Source: Candidatus Iainarchaeum sp. (GTDB lineage Archaea > Iainarchaeota > Iainarchaeia > Iainarchaeales > JAZDDZ01). From it: DNA of 55,946 nt. Where the stretch lies: assembly GCA_043809245.1 (NCBI GenBank), contig JAZDDZ010000003.1, forward strand, positions 1 to 55,946. The letters run 5' to 3'. Shown one piece after another: positions 18,901 through 27,100 of the stretch. Under the pieces are notes generated by a model that was not told where the DNA came from, did no database searches, and saw only the letters and a list, made by a program, of their open reading frames with translations. Each line of letters begins with the position of its first letter. Position 1 is the first letter of the stretch. The position numbers were made by a program, and so were the translations under genes.

Positions 18901-20518
18901 TGATTCAGAAAGCAGCAAAATAACAACAGACTTTGCGAACCCTGCAAACAACAGGACAACTGTTAGCTCGACAAAAACAATTCTTGAAAAATTGGCTGAA
19001 TCCCCTGCGTTCTCGGATAACCTTGTCGCAAAAATTGATGTTAGTTCATTCAGTGCAGAAAACAAGACAATACTTAACAAATTGATCGGGCAAGAAGCCG
19101 AAGTAACATTAAATGGAAAACTGACACGCTTCATGACTTTCAACGAATTCAAGACCTTTGAAGAAGCAATAGAAGCAAAATGCGGATTAAACAAAACCGA
19201 TGCAAGCTGTACAAACCCGAATGGAACAATCCAGATAGGAACAGCAACTGTAAATGTCTCCTTCATGCAGGCTTTGCTTAATTCAATCACTTTCACTCTC
19301 GGCGTGAGAAACAAGGCGGATTTAAGCGAGGCGGAAAAGAAATACGTGATGGAGAGAGAGGGCATACTCGACGAGTACACCGAAGACGTGGAGTTCAACG
19401 CTTTGCTGATGAAGGACGGATACAGCAATGACTTCAAGTCTGACTTTGAGGAAGTATACGAAACGGAAAAAATAAAAGACAAAATTGGCGTGAAATTCAA
19501 CGAATGGGTTTTCGTGGGAAGCGACGATAAAGAATTAAGCGCGCCGCTTGAAGCAGGAAGATACAAGGTGCAGTTAATCTACAACTTTGAAGACAAGGAA
19601 TCGCCATCAATAACAGTGAAATTCTTCAACTCCACTGAAGGCGACGACAAATTCGTTTCGCTTAAAGACATTGATGCGGAGAACAAGGAAGCAAATAGTG
19701 GCGAAGACAAGACTTTCTATGAGAAAAACATCTGGTTCAGCACTCCGCTTGACGGAGCGCTGGGAATAGACAGTGGCAGCGGAAGGGATGGTTACGGCAC
19801 TGGCTTTGACATTGTTTCAAGCGCTTTAAACGACAACGAGCCAATGTTTTTCAACAGCAAGGAAGAAACAAAAATCAATGCAGATGTTTCGGACGGCGCA
19901 ATAAAATTAAAGCTCGATTATTACAACAGCTTTGTGCGCATACTAACGAGCAACATACAGGGAAGGCTGCTGAACCTGACTGGCAGCACAATCGATTACT
20001 CGCCTGTGGCAAAGAAATCCGAGTCGCTTAGGATAGCAAAATCAAGGGCTGACACAAGTGAAATAGGCGTGGTTTACCAGTTGCGCGAAAACGACAAGGC
20101 GCTCTCAGGGCCAACTGAAATGCTCAATTGGCTTGTCACAGCGGATTCAACAGGAGGGGCAAGGCAGGGAAGCGTTGTTGCAGACGCATACATGAACACA
20201 GACCAGCTTTGCGCTAATACTCTTAATGAGGGATACGGCCTTGCATTCAGCGCTGACAAGACGGGAAGTGTGGAACTAAAAACCGATATTTACGCCCCAA
20301 TAAGATGGAATCTTGTGCTGAAAAACCTCTGCGAAAAAGATTCAAGCTCTTTCGGAGACACAGAGCCAATCTTTACAGGGAACAAGACGCTGTTCAAAAG
20401 CCAGTACAGCCTCGCAGACATTGTGAAGCACGTTGGTGAATCGGATTACTGCTTTGTCTCTGAAGCGGATAAATTCCAGGTTTTCTACAAGCCACTTGAA
20501 GGAATTGGTGCGCAATGA
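12908..20518 (+). CDS. Giant surface protein B (about 2536 aa) with Ig-like repeats and a Tyr/Asn/Ser/Gly-rich insert
   Basis: Shared leader YSSLEEKFYGFLDALDAKGIPVYKIVDPLEKAGVPAFP plus TM; motifs GNAKWVN, CSEEFC, GGEVDDETC, YFCDAAQF, LMKDGYSNDF, PLDGALG, GRDGYG. Confidence 0.9.
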   Translation: MANGQSGIYSSLEEKFYGFLDALDAKGIPVYKIVDPLEKAGVPAFPLFIILALLVIAALAYLTIFVFNIVPLNGSLTVSVIDSDGALQGATVTIKPEGAAALDPKTTDAEGKAVFSVPMGKELSITAKKTDYLEDTKPLTLNESTGKITLTLEKETLSLKKTVQLMKAGTTQLIDDDITVNFSCSSNSSYTRSLKSSSGLIQLNDVPSDCGLLYVKPSDGYSTADDSFSVSETSAPVFEIRLSGQGTAKGTALVVMTNADGAPLVGISASLKDSSSGVSIATKTTLSAGSTSFTDVPAGKYYVTSSDPSGEYAEYDSSVEGMVKEIAKAGDSISFSIKLTKKTAGSIRLLVKDAATQQPVQNATITVSKGNTSLTPKQTDADGKAEFKVSENVEYDVRVDHANYLLYPSESDVKKFRPSSDYQQILLTQATAENSRAVIATVLDEKGRPVEDVRLQLKQLPEGVQVGEELLTGANGKATFSRVDTGQYFVYAFKPGFGEQSSTSFTVQERSVNELPPIRLAIGEGEIELNVLDEKNQPIAGANIKAVNLYSSGAIEAEGTTASDGVKKVKIRADKAVFFRVSAQGLMPYTTVPTIAPKDTTQKISVMLLRDISSFEVKLEAILLSTGETVQSGGISPTDLALNPGQKYIVQFKLLVPKGAAFNEAGIHIRTGADQSTSIEKDSLFIADAIAATGAIVKGTTYNPPTGYATDAQHLTTGNAKWVNLVMQNVSEGVIEAVAEIQVKETAPMGSKVDLWFRGWGKTGSYVRFPQDTSLGSAESTGEKQALYAQAKNQPFTIGPSNLCSEEFCATTTIENVAQGIQTTVIDEYPAKVSQKYKLRFALTSLRESVMPMAELKLANDSGSITLGEYQVTDVSGGLRKGTEDSSELSLMVGDVKKNDIIAGIVEFTAKKEGAAILELSLVSDNEKAFSKEIVFNVSAAAQMNMDLLPKVIVPFVNNIVLVRASAEDGTALSNASITVKKDNDAIASGQTNSEGVFQFTLTSPNAGVTIKIQAEKNGYASIAQEIAVNENILTTIPSTLSEQLIVGAAPEKQTGFLMRNATQIPFEISDIKASGFEDYAAISFDESIIGTVLDVNSDANTTISISLAGKSFSLTEPKKIDGTISIFLSNNAAQKTWVASIPLTVRIGFGGEVDDETCFNFFPDKWEIFSGGDKKTISLTLNNQCTVGGNKTPLKNLSAKIVQSNQPTLGSFKAGSDLDSSRSVSLTTKAQLIAENIPSDAQNTVTLEFLPDDIQGGAAKIALELSAVNLTEQGNETLSQKLNVTVNVNNLIECLQVNQDQPLIIETSPFNTGYGQYNNYSSGYNPLTGTGTPSYVQPAAAPINAGLTGGYANNYAAGIYPSNYTYSGVQPTTSYSALSGSSYYPYNYPSTNYNQPYYAGDQYNSSYNNSWNYGSKGTSFFTLRNNCASEVEVQLSPDPALIVTQSSLSIAPLDESRVDVQSAYFVGNYPLKVSARVKGSSEAFKEIATLNAIVQNELINGYRDCISVSPYPTLQFNSYLSKPVKLTVTNTCFNSGVRLLESNDTLQFQALGTAYPAQPLQQPFGAGATELISNAAYRNASYSTDPSGKVTQRLDFDIVKNTDYYMNQAPPFPTDEQNFFQQIGGLRYFTTRGYYAVRGNANLTVNALTKYGSSVPVTFNMTVEDMWAALPYGEQVVSYGDSTTSAKACIKSTDLLDLKKAWAGAKGSCIPAGAFEKGVYVYSTKDDGGLFNFAKRDATGKEVGGCGSMDKITKLIYDEAAFSGKGVSLKIANNGHDIEIRVVNTGSAVNIEKEPVVAVVTRVLGAKTAKVVLPVRLCVQGETTPPICDNPPCGTTIEGKECEGLPGTTEGSSTQFEAYGLDKLLFKWDIKDSTLNKSTCNAYLTQTSWSKDASPNAKAYFCDAAQFGLSLLDKAAALKTTINSTTLKTCKEESEGICVKDSLNLFRHLLDQVEVSDPSGKYVFFKDEEGKELLENAPLLAQYKDKEGLYKDLKAAVDSESSKITTDFANPANNRTTVSSTKTILEKLAESPAFSDNLVAKIDVSSFSAENKTILNKLIGQEAEVTLNGKLTRFMTFNEFKTFEEAIEAKCGLNKTDASCTNPNGTIQIGTATVNVSFMQALLNSITFTLGVRNKADLSEAEKKYVMEREGILDEYTEDVEFNALLMKDGYSNDFKSDFEEVYETEKIKDKIGVKFNEWVFVGSDDKELSAPLEAGRYKVQLIYNFEDKESPSITVKFFNSTEGDDKFVSLKDIDAENKEANSGEDKTFYEKNIWFSTPLDGALGIDSGSGRDGYGTGFDIVSSALNDNEPMFFNSKEETKINADVSDGAIKLKLDYYNSFVRILTSNIQGRLLNLTGSTIDYSPVAKKSESLRIAKSRADTSEIGVVYQLRENDKALSGPTEMLNWLVTADSTGGARQGSVVADAYMNTDQLCANTLNEGYGLAFSADKTGSVELKTDIYAPIRWNLVLKNLCEKDSSSFGDTEPIFTGNKTLFKSQYSLADIVKHVGESDYCFVSEADKFQVFYKPLEGIGAQ

Positions 20519-20958
20519 CAACAATAACCCTGCAGGAAATTGTTTTGTTTTTTTTCGCTTTGGCGTTCATTGGATTGGGAATACTGCTTGGGCTTTTCTT
20601 TGAATGGAATGACGCGCTGATGCCTTCACTCGGCACGGGAATGAGCGTGATATTTGTTTCATTCGCTTTCTTTATTTTAGGCGCATTCTTTTACGGTTAT
20701 GCAGCGCCGTTTCTCGGCCTTTTTTACGGATTGGTTAAATGGAAGGCATTCATTGAAATGCCATTTGAGCAAACTTTTCTCGCTGTGCCAATAATGTTCG
20801 CGCTGCTGCTAGGCGGAGTCGCTGGAAGAATGCTGCAAAAAGACATGGAAGAGCCGAAACACATTGAAAATCAGTGGAAAACCCTCGCTGTTTTTGCAGG
20901 CGCGGTTTTTGCAATTGCAATAATCGTTTCAATGCTATCCCTATTTGTATTCGTTTAA
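20515..20958 (+). CDS. Small polytopic membrane protein
   Basis: 147 aa, about 4 hydrophobic segments, translationally coupled (ATGA) to giant protein B. Confidence 0.7.
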   Translation: MTTITLQEIVLFFFALAFIGLGILLGLFFEWNDALMPSLGTGMSVIFVSFAFFILGAFFYGYAAPFLGLFYGLVKWKAFIEMPFEQTFLAVPIMFALLLGGVAGRMLQKDMEEPKHIENQWKTLAVFAGAVFAIAIIVSMLSLFVFV

Positions 20959-21182
20959 GCGAAAAACACGCACTCCAATTTCACGCAAACCCCAATGCAA
21001 GGCATTACAGGGGCTGAAAAGCAAAAAAAGGCTGCGGATAGGTTTAAATATTACAATGCATTAATTATTGAGAGACCCAGGCACCCAAAGGGTGCAAGGC
21101 CTCGCCCCCTTGCAGGGGGCAGGGATATATATAAAAGAAGAAAACAAACAATATTATCGGGTTGCGGTTAACGGGTGAAGCA

Positions 21183-24100
21183 ATGGGTGCGCTTGACGGT
21201 TTGAAGGATTTTTATTTTTCCCTGGAAGACAAGTATTATTCCGTGCTTGACAGGTTTCCAGCAGTATACAAAATCGTTGACCCGATAGACAAGGTCATTC
21301 CAAGCTTTGCGCTTTTTCTCATTATAATTGCAATCATAATAATTGCACTGCTTTTTATCTTTGTCTTGCCTGCATTAATGCCAGGCACTGTGACTTTGAC
21401 AGTCAATGTGCAGGACTCTGAAGGGAATAGCCTTCCGGGTGCAAGCATTGAGGCAACGCTTGACGCAAACACAATGGCTTTTAACACAGACCAGTATGGA
21501 AAAGCGGCAATAGGGGATTTGCCAAAGGGAAGCTCGCTTAGTTTGCTTGTGAGAAAAGAAGGATTCCAGGACAAAACAATTTCAATTGACATCACGGAAG
21601 CAAAAGACACGCAGCAGGAAACAATTAATCTCAGGGCAGAGGCAGAGGACACTTTCACGAAAACAATTAAAGTTGTTGATGAATTCAACAGGCCGATAAC
21701 CGAAAGTTTGCGGTTGACTTTCTCGTGCAGCAATGTTTTTGCAACTCCGCCCAGCGCTGCAATGCTTTCGCCATCAGACCAGGGCTCAAAGGAAATAACT
21801 TATCCGACTAATTGCGGAACGTTAAGCGTAAGCATAACTGATTCAACGGGATATGAAAAAATTGACGGCTTTGAAGTAAAGGACGCATTGACTGTCATAA
21901 AGCTAAGCGAAGCAAACATAGTTGACGGGACAATAACTGTTAGCGTGAAAAAAGCAGACGGAACGCCTTTAAGCGGCATTAGGGTGGAATTGTACCGCTA
22001 CAACGACTTGGCAGCAAACCCAAATGTTGGACCGGTTGATGTTGAAACAAGCGATGCGGGACAGGCATTGTTCACTCATCCCCCGGGAGCATACATTGTG
22101 AAAACCTATGACCCAAGCGGAAGATACGGAGACAAGGAATCAGGCAAAATAACGCTCGCATCTGACGGAACTGAAACCGTTAACTTTATCCTCAGTGAAA
22201 ACGTTGTCGGAAGCATCAAGATAAGGGTTGTAAGGAAAGGCACTAGCACGGTTATTTCAGATGCAAAGGTCACGTTAAGGTATGCGCAGGATGACTCCAT
22301 TGTTTCAAGCCTTAATACAACCTCTGACAACAACGGAACAGTTGAATTCTTTTTAAGCCAGGACACAGAGTACAGGGCAACAGTTGAGGCAAAAGACTAC
22401 CAATTGAAAAAATTAAGCGGCTTGAAGATAGGCAATGCGGTTGTGAACGCGGAAATGGAGTCATGCACTCCCACAACCTGCGGGACACTTATAGTGAAAG
22501 TTGAAACACAGGAAGGGAAAAAGGTTGAAGGGGCAACGGTTTACCTCTATGATGACAGCACAAAGTCTTTGACCGGCTACAGCAGCAAGTCAACTGACAT
22601 CAACGGCCTTGCAAGGTTTTCAGGCATTGGACTGGGAACATATTACGCTTTCGCATACAAGGAAAGCGTTTCAGGGCAAAGCGATTCAAAGTACTTCAGT
22701 GCGCAGACAAACGATGATGACGAGATTGATTTGACTGTTAAAATAATTGTTGAAGACGGAACAGTCGCGGCAAAAGTCGTGGACAAGGACGGAAAGCCAG
22801 TGCCGTTTGCCACAGTTGAAGTGCACAACTCATTGAATGGAACAATTGAGAACAGGGGCTTGACTGACGGGGATGGAAACTTTTCATACGAGACCCCAGC
22901 GGACAAAAGAGTATATTTAGTGGTTAGCAAAAAGGATTCAGTGCCAAGGCTTGCGACTTATACAACCGCTGAAAAGCCAGTGCTGCCGCAGACCATACAG
23001 CAGTTCAAGGTAATGCTTGAGCCTGAAATCATAAACAAGGAAGTGGAACTGAAATTCATTGGATTGTACAGTGGCGCTAATTACGTTGCGGGCTCGGAGA
23101 AAACCGGCATCGTGGGAATTGTTGCCGCGGGGCAGGAATACACTGCAAAACTCCAGTTGCGCATTCCAGAGGAATCGGATTACATTGAAACAGGAGTGCA
23201 TTTAAGGACAGGAAAGGCAACCATGCTGGAGAAAGACCAGCTGTTCATCAAAAAAGTGAATGCGCCTAACGCCTCGGTTTTCAAGGCAGCGGCATATGAC
23301 GAGGTATCCGGCCTTGGGCAGGACGAATACAAGCAGACTGTGAGCGACGCGAAATGGGTTAATTTTTCATGGCAGGATTTGGCTCCTGGCGTTTACGAAA
23401 TAGAGGCAGTCATAAAGATTAACAGCACTGCTTCTCTTGGGGAAGAGCTGCCGATTTATTACCGCGCATGGGCTGAGAACAGCGATGGATTGCGCGTTTT
23501 TTACCCTGAAGACGAATTAATTGAGTCAAGCGAATTATACAACAACTCAAAGCAGGCAATTTACCAGGTTGGAATGGCCACAATCTGCGACGAAAAATTC
23601 TGCTTCAGCTCAACTATTTCAGACATTAAGGCTGGCCTGATTGAAAGCGTCAGCGACAGCTACTCGGCAAAAATGCTGAACGAATACAAAATGGATTTTG
23701 CAATAATAAACAATTCAGAGACAGACATTCACAACAACGCGAATTTGCGCATTGCGAACAGCGATGAAAGCATTTTGTTCACTGACTACAAGTTGTTTGA
23801 CGCTGAAACAAACGAGATTTCAGGCGTTGTCAACGGCTATGAGTTCCCGCGCATTGAAGTCGGCAACCTGGACAAAAAGAAAAAAATTTCCGGCACGATT
23901 TACTTTGTGACGCAGAAGCCAATCAGCGGCGCGATTAACTTCAAGCTCGTGTCAGCGCTTAACCCAGGGGAAGCGGGCGTGATTGTTTTCGAGAAAAACA
24001 TTATTGTTAACACCTCTGCTGCAAAGGATTTGAGCGTTGTGGTTTCCCCGACAAGCTATCCTTCAGGCATAGAGAATGACTTAAACGCCTTGGTGAAGAA

Positions 24101-27100
24101 TTCCTCTACAAAACTGGAATTAGAGGATGCAACTGTCAGGATAAAGGACAGGTTCGGCAACACAATAGTGTTTGACCAAACAGGAAAAGACGGATTGGCG
24201 TTCTTAACGCTGCCTGCACAGGTTCCGGGAACAGAGCTGACTTTAGAGGTTTCAAAGCCAGAGTATAACACGAAAACAGTGAAGCTAAGCATTGAGGCAG
24301 GCATACTTGAATTCAACCCAGACAGTTTAGGGGTTTCATTGAATGTTAAAACAAAAATTGAGGCGGATTCAAAGCTTTCAATTTCAAACAAAACTTTCTT
24401 CCCGGTAACAATTGACTCAGTCAGGCTGACCGGTGACTTCCAGAACTTATTGGATGAAACAGCAATTGATAACTGGCTTGAGGCAAGCTATAATGGAACA
24501 AGGATTGACGCGGGCAAAAGCAAGGAAATCATTTTGAAGACTTATTTAAGCGATGACGGCAAAGCGTTAGAGGAAAGGAAAAGCCTTGAAGGCGACCTGT
24601 ACTTTGTTGCATCAAATTTCGGCGAGCACTGGTTCTTCACAGTGCCAGTAACGATTTCCATTGGCTTGGGCGGAGAAGTTGATGACCCCACGTGCCTGCA
24701 GTTAACGAAAGCGGAGTGGACTGCTTCCACGGAAGGAAAAGCCATTGAAACAGAATTCATGATCCAAAACAACTGCACCGTGGGCCAACAGCCTGTTGCA
24801 TTGAAAAACCTTGAGGCAAAAGTAAACCAGCAGGGAAACCAGTTAGGCGAATACACTTTAACCATTGGCTCAACCACTTCAACGCTGAGAAGCGGTTTCT
24901 TCAAAAAACTTTTAGGCAACCTTGATGCAGGGGAAAGCGTTTCCGCGATTTTAAGCTTTACGCCGTTCGGCGGAGTGCAGGGAACAGATGAATCTGAGTT
25001 GCTTATTCAGGCAACAAACCCGGTTGAATCAAAGCCGGAAGTATTGGCTGCAAAGCCCTCGCTTAAGGCAACAATAAGCGTTGTAAGCATCCTTGAATGC
25101 GTTTCCTTTGACCGAACATACCTTGAAATGGAAAAACAAGGCAACGCTGCATTCACCATTACAACAAAGGGCTGCGGTGCACCAGTTGACTTTTCACTTG
25201 AATCTCCGTTAAAGGTTTCCTCAAAGGAATTCACTTTGCCTGGAGACGGAAGCCAGGCAATACAGGTTTTCTCACAGGACAATTATGCTGGGCAGTACGG
25301 AATCAAAGTGAAAGCCACTGGCGCCTCATTCAAACAGGAAGGCTTGTTGAAAAACATCCGCGCGCTAATCAAGCCGGCTCCAACAGATTGCCTTGAATTA
25401 AACCGCTATGAGTTTGACTTGCTTGACTTGGAGAACGATGCCTTTGACGGCTATGACACTGCAATGCTGTTAAACAAATGCTATGACAAAAGAGTTGAAA
25501 TAACCGTGAACATGCGCGACTGGGGCGACGCATTAGGCGACGCAATCCTGCCGGCAGTCCTCACACTCGGATTAAACATTGCAGGCAACATGCTCACAGG
25601 AAAAACCTGGAGCGGCGCGGAGAAAGGCGCGGCAGCAGCTGCAGCGGGAAAAGCCGCGGTTGCAGGCGGATATTCTGCTCCAACCCCAAGCAATGCAAAC
25701 AACAAAGCGCCAACAGTAAATGCAGGCGCAACTTCTTATAGCGGTAAAGCCGGCGAAGCAATAAGTATACTTGGCACGGCAAATGATGATACAAAAATAA
25801 CTGGAATAAACTGGACTTCAAGCGATTGCACAATTGGAACACAATCACGCGGCGGCGTAAACTCGCCAAACGCATCAGACAGCACGCAAATAACCTGCAA
25901 TAAGGCCGGCAACTTTACAGCAACCTTAACCGCTGTTGACAATGACGGTAGTTCGGTTTCAGCAAACGCGCAAATAACAGTTGCTGCCGCAGGCAGCGGA
26001 ACAACGCCTGCAGGGGAATTCACTGCAAACGCAGGCGGAACAAACGGGACATACCAGATAACGCACGGTGGAACCATTGTACTAACTGGCACTGCAACCG
26101 ACAATTCAGGCGGCAAAATAACAAAAATCGAATGGACGGAAAACAGCACTGACTGCAGCTTTACAGATACAACAGATATTTCAAACCTGAATACAAAGGA
26201 AGCGACTGCAAGAATATCAATAACGTGCACCGGAAACTTTGGAACCCAGTATGCAACGCTTTCAGTCACAAACAGCAAAGGAGAAACACAAAGAGTCACT
26301 GCAACAATAAATGTTGTTGCTGGAAGTAGCGCAAATACTGCTACAGAAACATGCAACGATTATGACAAAACTCCAATTAAAACCTGCTCTAAACAAAAAC
26401 CATTATACTGTACTTCCGCAAAAGAGATTACTAATAATTGTTTAGCCTGTGGTTGTGATGTTGGGACTTGTAATGAACAAACACTATTATGCGAATTAGG
26501 CGAATTAGCAGCTATCCCCTCTCACTCACCAACAGCCCTCGCTTCTCTTTTTGATTTTGGAGGCGGTTCAGGCGGAGTGCTGGGAATGGCCACTTCAATG
26601 ATGTCTTCTTTTACTGGAACTGCGAACCCGATTTTGAATGCTGGGGCGGTTCTTGTGGGCGCAACGCTGATTAATTATTATGGCGAGGATGAGGCAAAGC
26701 CTTTCACTGTGATTAAGCCAAACCTTGGAATAAATAATTCGGGCATTGTTTTATGGGCTGGGGAGACAGCTGAGGGTGGAACGGTTGACGGGGACGTGAA
26801 AGTTGCAGTGCAGGGCGAACCCGAATACAGGGGAAGCCCGACTGATGTTGCATTGAAATGGGAGACGAGAACGCTTATTTTCACAAATGAAACGCAGTTC
26901 ACTACAATGGAAGACAGCCCGTTGTACAAAATATTGGATGTGAAGGGAAGCCAGGAGAATTACGATAAGGGAACGTACTCGAAAGACGAGATAATAAGCG
27001 GTGACAGGCTGAATGAAGGAAAGGTAAAGAAAACAAAAGCGGATGCATTTGAGCAGAAATTCCACTTGGAGTTCAACGCTGTGCCCCCAGAAGGCCCTTC

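Noticed and set aside
21075-21100. CCCAGGCACCCAAAGGGTGCAAGG resembles SRP RNA helix 8
   Set aside because: It lacks the GNRA tetraloop and AGCA internal-loop consensus, and there is no room for the rest of an archaeal SRP RNA. Kept only as an unassigned hairpin.
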